The notes under the pieces were generated by a model. That model was not told the DNA's origin, made no database searches, and worked only from the letters and a program-made list of their open reading frames with translations. The position numbers and the translations under genes were made by a program. 50,856 nucleotides of DNA from Thermotogota bacterium. Its GTDB lineage: Bacteria; Thermotogota; Thermotogae; Petrotogales; Kosmotogaceae. This document shows positions 20,162 to 30,547 of this stretch, piece after piece. The stretch covers positions 1 to 50,856 of the forward strand of contig JAYEJL010000081.1 of the NCBI GenBank assembly GCA_034660555.1, written 5' to 3'. Positions within the stretch are counted from its first letter, which is position 1, and each line of letters begins with the position of its first letter.

Positions 20162-20180
20162 GGGGCTGTTATTCAGCCCC
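20162..20180. terminator. Hairpin between convergent rbr and PfkB kinase genes
   Basis: GGGGCTG-TTATT-CAGCCCC; weak U tracts. Confidence 0.55.
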
Positions 20181-21053
20181 TTCTAAATATTTAAGCAACT
20201 TTGGTTCACTCGATTTGGTGAAATTAATAATATCTTTATATTTAAAGGTGCCCTGGGCACCATATTCTTTTACCGTCAAACTTCCCAGTATGTTCCCAAA
20301 TGCAAGACAATCTATTAAGGGAGCTTTTTTTGCATAAAGATGGAGGAAACCCGCACAGAAAGCATCTCCTGCACCCGTTGTATCTTTTGCTTTCGAATCG
20401 TATCCTTTATGCTCAGGTCCTCCGACAATCTCAGCACCACTACTTCCTTTTGTTATCACAACCATATTTGAACGTATTTTGCCGGCATTGCTTACACTGT
20501 TCCACTCTTTTTCATTGAAAAAGATCACTTTGAATTTCCTACTTATCCTTACTATTTCTTCAGGCTGTTCAAAACTCACAATTCCACCAGGTGTGTAAGA
20601 ATTAACTGAAGTATAATTCATAAAGGATTCAACTTCCTTGATCTGGAATGTATTCATTCCTGCGAAGTGGTTCACTGCTTTCCAGTTTTCTTTTTTCGGT
20701 TTGAAGGATTCATTGGCACCCCTAAAAGTCTGGAGAAATCTGTATCCAGTTTTCTCCTGAACAGCAGCAAAACACAAACCCGTTTTTTCTTTCTCTAAAA
20801 TATCAACATCCTCAGCAGAAACATCTGCTTCGTTCATCTTTTCTATCAGTACATTACCAAAAATATCGCTTCCTACAGCCCCATTGAGGAACACACGGTT
20901 TCGAAGTCGCCTAAGTTGAATGGCTGTATTAGCAGCCGTACCACCAGGCATAAGCTGATAATTGAGAATTCTCTGTTCTTCTGACGACTTCTGCTCTCTT
21001 TCCATTAATGCGATGATGTCAATGTTAATATTGCCAAAAACAGCTATATCCAT
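20169..21053 (-). CDS. PfkB/ribokinase family carbohydrate kinase
   Basis: GNINID, PGGTAANTA, GAVGSDIFG, ITKGSSGA, DTTGAGDAF. Confidence 0.9.
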   Translation of the reverse strand: MDIAVFGNINIDIIALMEREQKSSEEQRILNYQLMPGGTAANTAIQLRRLRNRVFLNGAVGSDIFGNVLIEKMNEADVSAEDVDILEKEKTGLCFAAVQEKTGYRFLQTFRGANESFKPKKENWKAVNHFAGMNTFQIKEVESFMNYTSVNSYTPGGIVSFEQPEEIVRISRKFKVIFFNEKEWNSVSNAGKIRSNMVVITKGSSGAEIVGGPEHKGYDSKAKDTTGAGDAFCAGFLHLYAKKAPLIDCLAFGNILGSLTVKEYGAQGTFKYKDIINFTKSSEPKLLKYLEGAE

Positions 21054-21128
21054 TTCTTACATCTCCTGCGTACTTTATCTAAAGCAATTTTTTAAGTAAT
21101 AATGTAAAATTGTAATGGAGGTGTCCTG

Positions 21129-21665
21129 ATGAAACGAAATGTAACTTCTATCCTTCTATTAATAATAGCAGTTTTTGCGCTTGTTTCATGCGTACCATCA
21201 TATAAACCACTTGACAAAGGTTTTGACAGTTTAAAAGAAAACAACATTGAAGAAGCGATAGATAGTTTCAGTTATATTATTGAGGGATTATTTAGCGGTC
21301 CTGAGAAAAAGGCCAGCGCCTATGAAGGTAGAGGCTGGGCATATTATTTAAAGGGCATGAATGATAAAGCTGAAGAAGATTTTATAAAAGCAAATGATTC
21401 CATTGAGAAAAAAGCCGGATTATCTCTTGTCTATCTTTCCATGGGAAAATTAAATGATTCAATAAATATGGGACTATTTGTTCTTGATGAACAGAATGAA
21501 ATGGTAGTAGATTATATTCCCGATCCGCTATCAAAACAGGAGTTATTGAAAACTTTAGCTTTATCCTCACTGCTAACAGATTCTAATCAATATGGTGACA
21601 TCATTAATGAAATCGATGATGAAAATTTTATTGATCGTATCGATGCAATGAAGGACGGAGAATGA
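21129..21665 (+). CDS. TPR-containing lipoprotein
   Basis: Lipobox LVS-C; TPR-like AYEGRGWAYYLKGMNDKAEEDFIKA. Confidence 0.75.
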   Translation: MKRNVTSILLLIIAVFALVSCVPSYKPLDKGFDSLKENNIEEAIDSFSYIIEGLFSGPEKKASAYEGRGWAYYLKGMNDKAEEDFIKANDSIEKKAGLSLVYLSMGKLNDSINMGLFVLDEQNEMVVDYIPDPLSKQELLKTLALSSLLTDSNQYGDIINEIDDENFIDRIDAMKDGE

Positions 21666-21666
21666 T

Positions 21667-24219
21667 ATGAAGAAAAATACGTTGACTCTAGTAATAATAT
21701 TTCTAACAGTGTTTGCTTTTTCTGTTCCTTCTTATCCAGGAATAACTGAGCTTTCTCAGCCTGATGGTACAACCTTCATGGTTTATCAAATTGGAGATGA
21801 ATTTGCCCACCTTGTACTTTACAACGGTTATCCAGTTATGAAAAATCCAGATACAGGATGGTGGGAATATCTTTCATTAAAAGAAAAAGGTACGCTTAGC
21901 TTAACAGGAAACCTGGTTAAAAAGGATACACCTCCATCAATCAAATTTGATATTCAAGAATATTTTAGGAAAGCAGCTAAACCGGTTGAATATGAAAAGC
22001 AAACGGTTACCACGGGAATACTGAAATTTCCTGTGGTGCTTATCAATTTCTCTGACACAGCAACTTCCTTTGATTTATCGGATTTTGAAAAGGTCTTTAA
22101 CGGAATCGAAAACTCCGTAAAAGATTACTATGAGGAAACATCGTATAACAAACTCGATATTCAGTTCGAGGTTGTTGGCTGGTACAACGCTCCCGAAAGT
22201 CATAATTATTATTCTTCAAGGGCATACAAGCTGGCCCTGGAAGCAGCCATTTATGGAGATGGAGACCTTGATTATTCACAGTACGACAACAACAATGATG
22301 GCGATGTAGATTCGTTGATAATCATACATCAGGGGCAGGGACAGGAATTCTCCGGAGACCCTACAGATATCTGGTCACACAAATCTTCTATTTCATACGA
22401 AACAAATGACGGAGTAAATGTCAGAGGATACACCATGCAACCTGAAAGACTCGATTGGGAAGAAAATATTTATATCACAACGATCGGCGTTATCTGTCAT
22501 GAACTGGGACACGGATTGGGCCTTCCGGATCTCTACGATACAGATGGATCATCTGATGGCATAGGAGATTGGGGACTTATGGGCCACGGTTCCTGGAACT
22601 GGCACGAAGTACCTGGAGATTCACCCGCGCATCTAACCGGGTGGAGTAAATTGCATCTTGAGTGGGTCAATCCCTCAGTGCTTGACAACTTCCATGGTTC
22701 TCTAACTTTCGATGAAGTTGAATTACATGAAGATATTGTGGTTTACAACAATCCTGCTAGAAAGAACATCGAATACTTTCTACTTGAAAACAGGCAGAAA
22801 ACAGGATATGATAGTGCCCTTCCCGGACACGGACTTTTAATTTACCACATTGATGAACAGGCAAGACAATCAGACGATAAGCATAGAAAGGTTCATGTTG
22901 TAGAAGCTGATAACGATAACGCTCTCGATGAATATAAGGGAGACAGAGGTTCGGATGGCGACCCTTTTCCTGGCAGCACATATAACACATCTTTTACTCC
23001 AGACAGTTCACCTAAATCAGAATTTTACGATGCTTCACCTGGACCCAGCCTTACATATATTACAGAAGATCAAACAAAGATCTACGCTGAACTGAACTCA
23101 ACTGCTACTAATATTGTTGCGGAAATTAGCGCTGATGTTGCCTGGATAATTAAAAAAGATTATGACTGGACTTTTAACAAATCTGTAGACAAAGATGTCA
23201 TTAAACTTATATCAGGAGAGGAAGAAATAATTAAATATGCCATTGAAGCAACCAGAGATGATGGTGATACGCTGGATAGCACCTACACGATAACGGGAAA
23301 TGTTATTGTTTCAAACACTGGTTCCAGCACAGTGAATGATATTGAAGTAATAGCAGAGCTTTCTAACATAGAAACAAAAACACTTTATGGAACAGAAACA
23401 ATAGAACCTGGTAAAGATGCATCATACAGTTTTTCTTTCGTAACAAAAGAGAAAAAAATAGAATACACAGTAATATCTACAGTGACCTCCGAGAATGGCA
23501 TTGCAACCAACTCAGTAAATGTCATTTTACCTGATGAACCAACCACTGAAATTTCAATAGACGAACTTTCATCGATAGAGGATGAAATAACAAATGTACC
23601 TGAAGGTTTTCATATTGAACCGGATGTCACATTAAGAACATGGCATATCACTGAACCATCCACAAAGCTGGACTATTCTGTTACGCTTTTCAATGATAGT
23701 ACCAGTTCTGATATCCACTATTTAAGCAATATTGCTACTTTAACTGAAAATGATAGCAAGCAAAAACTGGCAGAATCAGCAACGGTGACTATCGTTGAAA
23801 AAATACTAAAAGATGAACCATCGTCTTATCTTGTTGCCGGCGAAGAAGCAGAGCTGATATATAATTTTGAATTCCCTGTAGATTCATGCGAATATGATGT
23901 TTCAGGTAATGCAACCATACTAAATGCTACTTTATTTGATGAAGGCAAAGCCTTCAAAATTGTTATGGAGATTCCTGGTGAGACTTTTACTGTAACACTG
24001 GACATCTATGTAAATGGTGTTAAGGAGACTTCTGAATTAGAATTTTTGCCTTTTTCCTACCTTATAGTTAACGATGGTGTATCCAAAAATGACTGGATCG
24101 TGATAAAGGAATATGGTTGGGATGAGAATCCAGGGGATTTCATCAAGCAAAAAGAAGGACTTTACTGGAAGCAGATAAATGAGTTTCCTGTTAACGTTTT
24201 TGAAAAGATCTTAGAATAA
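21667..24219 (+). CDS. Secreted M6 family (immune inhibitor A-like) metalloprotease
   Basis: Signal peptide, QPDGT...GDEF propeptide, HELGHGLGLPDLY zinc motif, Met-turn WGLMGHG, EYFLLENRQ, GLLIYHID; beta-rich C-terminal extension. Confidence 0.9.
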   Translation: MKKNTLTLVIIFLTVFAFSVPSYPGITELSQPDGTTFMVYQIGDEFAHLVLYNGYPVMKNPDTGWWEYLSLKEKGTLSLTGNLVKKDTPPSIKFDIQEYFRKAAKPVEYEKQTVTTGILKFPVVLINFSDTATSFDLSDFEKVFNGIENSVKDYYEETSYNKLDIQFEVVGWYNAPESHNYYSSRAYKLALEAAIYGDGDLDYSQYDNNNDGDVDSLIIIHQGQGQEFSGDPTDIWSHKSSISYETNDGVNVRGYTMQPERLDWEENIYITTIGVICHELGHGLGLPDLYDTDGSSDGIGDWGLMGHGSWNWHEVPGDSPAHLTGWSKLHLEWVNPSVLDNFHGSLTFDEVELHEDIVVYNNPARKNIEYFLLENRQKTGYDSALPGHGLLIYHIDEQARQSDDKHRKVHVVEADNDNALDEYKGDRGSDGDPFPGSTYNTSFTPDSSPKSEFYDASPGPSLTYITEDQTKIYAELNSTATNIVAEISADVAWIIKKDYDWTFNKSVDKDVIKLISGEEEIIKYAIEATRDDGDTLDSTYTITGNVIVSNTGSSTVNDIEVIAELSNIETKTLYGTETIEPGKDASYSFSFVTKEKKIEYTVISTVTSENGIATNSVNVILPDEPTTEISIDELSSIEDEITNVPEGFHIEPDVTLRTWHITEPSTKLDYSVTLFNDSTSSDIHYLSNIATLTENDSKQKLAESATVTIVEKILKDEPSSYLVAGEEAELIYNFEFPVDSCEYDVSGNATILNATLFDEGKAFKIVMEIPGETFTVTLDIYVNGVKETSELEFLPFSYLIVNDGVSKNDWIVIKEYGWDENPGDFIKQKEGLYWKQINEFPVNVFEKILE

Positions 24220-24243
24220 AAAATGCCCGCCATAGCGGGCATT
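24218..24243. terminator. Terminator between convergent M6 protease and yihA
   Basis: AATGCCCGC-CATA-GCGGGCATT with an upstream A run (U tract on the minus strand). Confidence 0.8.
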
Positions 24244-24248
24244 AATCT

Positions 24249-24821
24249 TTATATAAGTATTCCCAGTAACTTATTTATTCCCTCTCCTGTTTTAGCTGAG
24301 ACGGGTATTAAAAGTGGTGAGTCCCATTCAATAAGCTCCTTATTGTGCAGCTTGTTCATTTTGAACCTTTCACTACGAGACAACTTATCGATCTTTGTTT
24401 CAGCCACTATGAACGGTACGGTATAAGCCTTAAGCCATTCAAGCATTTCTAAATCTTTTTTCTGTAACGGATGTCTGCCATCTATAAGCATTACCGCCAG
24501 ATTTAACGATTCGCGGTTTTCAAAATAATTAATAATCAATTTCTGCCAGCGTTGAACTTCCTTTTTTGAAGCGCGGGCATATCCGTATCCTGGAAGGTCA
24601 ACAAAGAAGAAACTGTTGTTAACCGTGAAAAAATTTATTGATCTAGTTTTTCCAGGATTTGAGCTTGTATGGGCTAATTTCCTCCCAAATATTTTATTCA
24701 GCAAGGAGGATTTTCCTACATTTGATCGACCCAAAAAGGCAACTTCCTTTTCCTTCGGTGCTGGATAATCTCCAGGAGTGAAAACTGTGGCTTCAAGCTT
24801 TACACTCTTTATCTTGTTCAA
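24249..24821 (-). CDS. yihA: Ribosome biogenesis GTPase YihA/YsxC
   Basis: GRSNVGKSS, PGKT, DLPGYG, TKID, SAK; downstream of lon. Confidence 0.96.
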   Translation of the reverse strand: MNKIKSVKLEATVFTPGDYPAPKEKEVAFLGRSNVGKSSLLNKIFGRKLAHTSSNPGKTRSINFFTVNNSFFFVDLPGYGYARASKKEVQRWQKLIINYFENRESLNLAVMLIDGRHPLQKKDLEMLEWLKAYTVPFIVAETKIDKLSRSERFKMNKLHNKELIEWDSPLLIPVSAKTGEGINKLLGILI

Positions 24822-27166
24822 TCTACAAGTACCTCCTTGAGGGCATCTTCAACGCTATCTACAAATATGAACTCAAGATTATCCTTTATTTCTTTGGGTA
24901 CGTCTTCCAGATCCTTCTTATTCCTTGAAGGCAGAAGCACTCTGGTCATCTTAGAACGATATGCTGCCATCAATTTTTCTTTGAGACCACCTATGGGAAG
25001 AACTTTGCCCCGGAGTGTTATTTCTCCAGTCATGGCAACATCATGCTTGACAGCCTTCCCCGTAACTGCTGACACTATTGCTGTGATCAATGTTATACCG
25101 GCAGATGGTCCGTCCTTTGGAACGGCTCCTTCGGGGACGTGAACATGGAAATCGTGCTTCTCAAAGAAATCTTTGTGATTTTCACACATTTTTTTTGCAA
25201 AGCTTAGTGCAATATGTGCAGATTCCTTCATCACATCTCCAAGCTGACCCGTCAAAATAAGTTTTTGCTTGCCTGGAACAGGCAACACCTCAATGTACAT
25301 GGTTTCGCCACCAACTGCCGTCCAGGCCAAACCCGTTGAAACGCCTACTTCAGGTTTCCTGATAAGATCGCTATCTTTAAATTTGGGAACTCCAAGAAAG
25401 TCTTCTATGTTTCTAACACTTATTTTGATTTTTTTCTGCCCCTCTGCCAGTTGCAAGAGAGATCTTCTCAGGATTTTAGATAGGTTTCTATCAAGATTCC
25501 TTACACCCGCTTCACGGGTGTATTCTCTAATTACTCTTTTTATTGTTGCACTTGAGATTGTTACTGTTTTTTTAGTCGTGTTGTACTCTTCATATATCTT
25601 GGGTAATATGTAGTCCCTGGCTATGTGTTTCTTTTCTGTATCTGTATAGCCGGGTATTTCAATCAGTTCCATTCTGTCTTTTAGTGCCGGTGGAATGGTA
25701 TCCGTTACATTAGCTGTCGTTATAAATAAAACGCTGGATAAGTCGAAGGGAATTTCAAGATAATGATCTGTGAAATCCACGTTTTGTTCGGGATCCAGAA
25801 CTTCTAGCAGGGCTGAAGCTGGATCTCCCTGAAAACTAACTCCCATCTTTTCTACTTCATCCAGAATCATAACAGGGTTTCGAGTGCCAAGTTTCTGAAT
25901 CGTCTGCAATATTCTTCCTGGAAGAGCACCAACATATGTTCTTCGGTGTCCTCTGATCTCTGCTTCATCTCTCATTCCGCCAAGGGAAATCCTTCCAAAT
26001 TTTCTTCCTGTGGCTTCAGCGATGGAACGTCCCAGAGATGTTTTACCTACTCCTGGAGGACCTACAAGACACAGAATTGGGGCTCTGAGATTTTTTGAAA
26101 ATTTCCTTGCAGCCAGAAATTCCAGAACCCTTTCCTTAACCTCGGTTAAACCATAATGGTTTTTGTCAAGTACCTTTCTGACTTCCTTTATTTCAATTTT
26201 GTCTTCAGTTTCCTCTGTCCACGGAAGTTTCAGGAGCCAATCAAGGTAAGTTCTAACAACCGAAGCTTCTGGTGAATAGGGAGACATTTTCTCCAGCCTT
26301 GAAATTTCATGTTCTGCCTTTTCTTTTACTTCTTTTGGATATTCCTTACTTTTAAGAGCATCCTTTATTTCTTTTATTTCAGCGTCTTCTTCGCCTTCAA
26401 GCTCTTCCTGTATAGCGCGTAACTTTTCTCTCAGATAATATTCCTTCTGATTCTGCTCGATCTTTTGCTTTACCCTTTTGTCCAATTCCTCTTCAAGGGA
26501 CAAAATTTCCACTTCTCTTGTAAGTATCTCAAGAAGTCTATTCAATCTATCTCTCGGAGAAACCAGTTCAAGTAATTCCTGTTTTTCCTCCAGTTCAAGA
26601 GGAAGAAGGGAGGAAATAAAATCAGCAAATTTATCTGCATCTGATGTATCCTCAAGCGCTTTCGTAACCTCATCAAGAAACCTTCTGCTCATTCCGACAT
26701 ATCTCTTTGCAAGTTCCTGAACTTTCCTTATAAGTGCCTCCAAAGATTTGGTCATTCTGTATTTGGGCTTCAGGACTTTTATTTTAAACAAAAAAGACTC
26801 TTCATCTTCCAGAACTTTCGTTATTTCAGCGCGTTCCAATCCCTCTACCAGTATCTTGTAGTTTCCATCTGGCATCTTCATTAACTGAACAATCCTTGCT
26901 ACTGTTCCAACATCAAATAGATTTTCTCTTGCTGGATTTTCTGTTGTGATATCCTTTTGTGAAACCAGGAATAATAACTGTCCGTAATTACCTATGGAAT
27001 CTTCAAGTGCTGAAAGAGACTTTTCTCTACCCACATATAAGGGCATAACTGATGATGGATACACCAGCATATTTGTGCGTGTGGCTATTGCAGGAAGTTT
27101 ATCGGGTATTTTTATTGTTTTTTCCTGACTGCTAGCCTGTTCTAACAACTGGAATTTTTGAGACAT
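24818..27166 (-). CDS. lon: ATP-dependent protease La
   Basis: LON N-domain, GPPGVGKTS, RRTYVGALPG, PKDGPSAG catalytic Ser, IGGLKEK. Confidence 0.98.
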   Translation of the reverse strand: MSQKFQLLEQASSQEKTIKIPDKLPAIATRTNMLVYPSSVMPLYVGREKSLSALEDSIGNYGQLLFLVSQKDITTENPARENLFDVGTVARIVQLMKMPDGNYKILVEGLERAEITKVLEDEESFLFKIKVLKPKYRMTKSLEALIRKVQELAKRYVGMSRRFLDEVTKALEDTSDADKFADFISSLLPLELEEKQELLELVSPRDRLNRLLEILTREVEILSLEEELDKRVKQKIEQNQKEYYLREKLRAIQEELEGEEDAEIKEIKDALKSKEYPKEVKEKAEHEISRLEKMSPYSPEASVVRTYLDWLLKLPWTEETEDKIEIKEVRKVLDKNHYGLTEVKERVLEFLAARKFSKNLRAPILCLVGPPGVGKTSLGRSIAEATGRKFGRISLGGMRDEAEIRGHRRTYVGALPGRILQTIQKLGTRNPVMILDEVEKMGVSFQGDPASALLEVLDPEQNVDFTDHYLEIPFDLSSVLFITTANVTDTIPPALKDRMELIEIPGYTDTEKKHIARDYILPKIYEEYNTTKKTVTISSATIKRVIREYTREAGVRNLDRNLSKILRRSLLQLAEGQKKIKISVRNIEDFLGVPKFKDSDLIRKPEVGVSTGLAWTAVGGETMYIEVLPVPGKQKLILTGQLGDVMKESAHIALSFAKKMCENHKDFFEKHDFHVHVPEGAVPKDGPSAGITLITAIVSAVTGKAVKHDVAMTGEITLRGKVLPIGGLKEKLMAAYRSKMTRVLLPSRNKKDLEDVPKEIKDNLEFIFVDSVEDALKEVLVD

Positions 27167-27190
27167 ATCATTTCACCTCCAATTATATCT

Positions 27191-27685
27191 CTATTCCTGA
27201 ACGTGACTTTTTAACCAGTTCATGGTGTTATTATACGTTCTATCCTCAAGTAACTTCAATCTTATCTTTCTGTATGTTTCATCATAATGATAAAAGAATA
27301 TCTCTATATTATTTTTGAACAATTTTTCACATAACTCAGGCCATTCTACCACCATTACCGTGGTCTCGTCTATAATATCTTCAATGGCAAGCTCTATAAC
27401 CTCTTCCATTGATCGCAAGCGATACAGGTCTATATGAATTAATTCAAGATTTACTCCTGAGTATTCGTTCACAATTGTAAAGGTCGGACTCCTAACTATC
27501 CTTTCATCGATACCAAATCCTGTAGCAAAACCTTTAACAAAGGTCGTTTTACCGCTTCCCAGTTCTCCTCTGAGAAAAATAACTTCTCCACCTTCAATAT
27601 CCTTCGATAATGAAAGTGCAAAATCCTTTAGTTGTTTTTCATCTAGCAATCCCACTTCATACATCGTTTCATGGCTTCTTTCCAC
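27191..27685 (-). CDS. tsaE: tRNA threonylcarbamoyladenosine biosynthesis ATPase TsaE
   Basis: GELGSGKTTFVKG, SPTFTIVNEY, HIDLYRL, VEWPE. Start uncertain (27685 or 27664). Confidence 0.93.
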   Translation of the reverse strand: MERSHETMYEVGLLDEKQLKDFALSLSKDIEGGEVIFLRGELGSGKTTFVKGFATGFGIDERIVRSPTFTIVNEYSGVNLELIHIDLYRLRSMEEVIELAIEDIIDETTVMVVEWPELCEKLFKNNIEIFFYHYDETYRKIRLKLLEDRTYNNTMNWLKSHVQE

Positions 27686-29103
27686 TTTTTATACTCTTCC
27701 TCCATTTCCTTTCCATCGGGTGTGAACACTACTTCGCTACGTCTCTTTTCCTTTAGCTTCTTTTTATCCCAAATTCCTACAGCCAAACCTGCAAGCAACG
27801 CTGCCCCTAGTGCAGTAGTTTCTCTTGTAACAGCTCGGTCAAGCGATACACCCATCACCTTTGACTGCAATTCCATAAGAAAATTATTTTTTGTCATTCC
27901 GCCATCTACAAGCATCTTCTTCGTTTCAAGTCCACTTTCTTCTTCCATAAGTTCAACAATTTCTCTTGTTCTAAAAGCTACATATTCTAGAACCGACCTT
28001 ACGATGTGCTCTTTCTTAACTCCTCTTGTAAGGCCTATCAAAAGCCCTCTCGCTGATGAATCCCAGTAAGGCGCACCAAGTCCAGCCAATGCACCAGAGA
28101 AATATACTCCGCCGTTATCATCGACCTGTTTTGCCAGTTTCTCCGATTCATCCGCACTGTTTAACAACCCCAAACCATCTCTAAGCCATGCTACCAGAGC
28201 GCCCGTAGTGAAAATCGAACCCTCCAGCGCATACACAATCTCCTTTCCGATTTTCCACCCAACAGTGGTGAGCAAACCCCTATCAGAGTATCTGGGTTCT
28301 TCACCGGTATTCATTAGTATGAAATTCCCTGTGCCATATGTGCATTTTATTTCACCTTCATCAAAAGCTGTATGTCCAAATAGTGAAGACTGCTGATCGC
28401 CTGCTATGCCCGCTATCGGAGGACCATAAATGGATGCCCCGATCATTTTCGAAGAATCAACGGGTTCTGGCAACCATTCCTCTTTTATTCCAAAAAGTTC
28501 AAGAAGCTCTTTATCCCACTGAAGTTCATTTATGTTAAACAGCATTGTTCTTGAAGCATTTGAATAGTCTGTTACGTGGAGATGTTCCGGAGTTAAATTC
28601 CAAATAAGCCATGAATCGACGGTTCCAAATCTTAGTGTGCCTCTTTTAGCTGCAGCTCTAACCTCCGGAATGTTCTTTAGCATCCATTCCATTTTTGTTG
28701 CGGAGAAATATGGATCAATAAGAAGTCCTGTCTTTTTATGGATGGTTTCATAATAATCTTCTTTTAATTCTTCACATCGCCTTGCTGTTCTCCTGCACTG
28801 CCAAACAATTGCGTTGGTTAAAGGTTTCCCTGTTTTAGTATCCCAGGCCACAACAGTTTCTCGCTGATTTGTTATACCTATTGCAGAAATCTTGTTAAAT
28901 GAAATTCCTGCCTTTTTTACAACCTGTTCCACACATGACATTACAGATAAAATTATGTCGTTGGGCTTATGCTCCACCCACCCAGGTTTTGGGTACACTT
29001 GGTCGAACTCTTCCTGCGCCACTGCTACCTGATAAAGATCTTCATCAAAGATTACTGCTCTGGAACTGCTTGTACCCTGATCAATAGTCATAACATATCG
29101 CAT
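27643..29103 (-). CDS. glpK: Glycerol kinase
   Basis: IDQGTSSSR, GITNQRET, IVWQCRRT, DPYFSATK, GDQQ, KCTYGTG, GLGAPYWD. SD AGGAGG favours ATG 29103 (track 29130). Confidence 0.96.
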   Translation of the reverse strand: MRYVMTIDQGTSSSRAVIFDEDLYQVAVAQEEFDQVYPKPGWVEHKPNDIILSVMSCVEQVVKKAGISFNKISAIGITNQRETVVAWDTKTGKPLTNAIVWQCRRTARRCEELKEDYYETIHKKTGLLIDPYFSATKMEWMLKNIPEVRAAAKRGTLRFGTVDSWLIWNLTPEHLHVTDYSNASRTMLFNINELQWDKELLELFGIKEEWLPEPVDSSKMIGASIYGPPIAGIAGDQQSSLFGHTAFDEGEIKCTYGTGNFILMNTGEEPRYSDRGLLTTVGWKIGKEIVYALEGSIFTTGALVAWLRDGLGLLNSADESEKLAKQVDDNGGVYFSGALAGLGAPYWDSSARGLLIGLTRGVKKEHIVRSVLEYVAFRTREIVELMEEESGLETKKMLVDGGMTKNNFLMELQSKVMGVSLDRAVTRETTALGAALLAGLAVGIWDKKKLKEKRRSEVVFTPDGKEMEEEYKKWKEAMKRCMKWDC

Positions 29104-29130
29104 AAAGTATCTCCTCCTTCTTAGCAACAT

Positions 29131-30240
29131 TTAAAACAGAAAAAATCTTCTTTTCAGTCTTATCGCCATATTAGGACACACTTCGTGGCAGACATAACAT
29201 CTTATACACTTTCCATAGTCAATATCTTTTTTGCTAACGTCTATAGCATTTTTTGGGCAATGTTTCTCGCATTCAAGACACTCGATACATCTTTTTTTAT
29301 CTATATAGGGAACCTTGTAGAATATTCTTGCAAAAAAGCCCAGAAAATCAAGTGCTTTTCCATAACTGGATTTTGGAAGGATCAATTCTTCATCCGGCTC
29401 AAAATCTCCAGTTACACTGTAAGAAGGAGTAATCTTCCTTTTATTAGCAAGATGAACAGTCAACACCTTTGCCTTGTCGATTCCCCAAGTCTTACAGATA
29501 TAATCATCCATCGCAAAAGCATTTTCGCTCAAAGCCACAAGACCCGCTGAAAAAGGCTCTCCGGAAGAAGGCCCTTCTCCTCTCATTCCAGTTACTCCAT
29601 CGAGAATATTAAGTTTAGGAGATACCAATCTGTGTAAATCAATCAGCATATTGGCAAATCTTTCAGTTGAAACTGCTTTTAAATGCCATTTCTGTTTTTC
29701 TTTGCCTACAACGCATCCAAATGTGTTTTTAACCGCAAGGGTTAAGGTCATCAAAGAGTGAGTTTTTAGCTTGGGTAAGTTGACCACTGAATCTACCTCT
29801 TCAAGTTCCTTTGCTACCTGAAAGCTCAAGGGTGAATCTTTACTCAACTTCATTTCTATAGGTTCCTCAAAAGGTGAAAGCTCAATGTTGTACCTTTTGC
29901 ATACATCCAATATGCCAGATTGTTTGACTTCCTTGTTAAAGTCTCCAGTAATTGGTGAATCACCAAGTAACAGCTTAACTCCCATATCCAGAAATAACTC
30001 AATTACCGCCGAAAGAAAATGCGGGTGAGTGGTAATTGCCCGGTCAGGAACAGCACCATGCAATATATTGGGTTTTAAAAGTACTTTTTCCCCGTTGTTG
30101 AATTTTTTGCTTACATTAGCGCTATCAAATAAATTCGTGAGTGAACTTTTTACTTTACTATAATCGGTACACCTGTCCACATAAACCTTACATTCTTTTT
30201 CTTGAAAGTAAGGTTTTTTTGTTTTCCTCTCTGTCGTCAA
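29131..30240 (-). CDS. DUF362 domain protein with C-terminal 2x[4Fe-4S] ferredoxin
   Basis: VLLKPNIL, TTHP, NLPKLKTH, AVKNTFG, GEGPSSG; CIECLECEKHCP and CIRCYVCHEVCP. Confidence 0.9.
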   Translation of the reverse strand: MTTERKTKKPYFQEKECKVYVDRCTDYSKVKSSLTNLFDSANVSKKFNNGEKVLLKPNILHGAVPDRAITTHPHFLSAVIELFLDMGVKLLLGDSPITGDFNKEVKQSGILDVCKRYNIELSPFEEPIEMKLSKDSPLSFQVAKELEEVDSVVNLPKLKTHSLMTLTLAVKNTFGCVVGKEKQKWHLKAVSTERFANMLIDLHRLVSPKLNILDGVTGMRGEGPSSGEPFSAGLVALSENAFAMDDYICKTWGIDKAKVLTVHLANKRKITPSYSVTGDFEPDEELILPKSSYGKALDFLGFFARIFYKVPYIDKKRCIECLECEKHCPKNAIDVSKKDIDYGKCIRCYVCHEVCPNMAIRLKRRFFLF

Positions 30241-30463
30241 CTACTTCACCAACCTTTTCCGGCAACCGTATCTTACCTTTTCTGAGTTCTTTGATAATTA
30301 TCTCTTCCGGTAGGGAAGTTATCGTCCAGAGATCAGTAAGATATATTTTCTCCCCTTCACGAACAGGTGCTTTATCTAAAGCAGATTGAATACCCTTTCT
30401 AATACCTTCTTCATAATTTGTTTTTTTGTGTGCTTCCTTGCGTTTGCTATCTTTATCTTCCAT
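30188..30463 (-). CDS. Small hypothetical protein
   Basis: SD GGAGGTG before ATG 30463; first gene of the DUF362-glpK-tsaE-lon run. Confidence 0.6.
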   Translation of the reverse strand: MEDKDSKRKEAHKKTNYEEGIRKGIQSALDKAPVREGEKIYLTDLWTITSLPEEIIIKELRKGKIRLPEKVGEVVDDREENKKTLLSRKRM

Positions 30464-30547
30464 TGGTACACCTCCGGGCAATTCTTATATATGATAGTAT
30501 TTATTCAATTAATACAATTATATCGTATATTCCTTGAGGTGATATTT

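Noticed and set aside
25847..25870. Lon Walker B region reads DEVEK rather than DEIDK
   Set aside because: The catalytic DE is intact and DEVEK occurs in other active AAA+ ATPases; a conservative variant.
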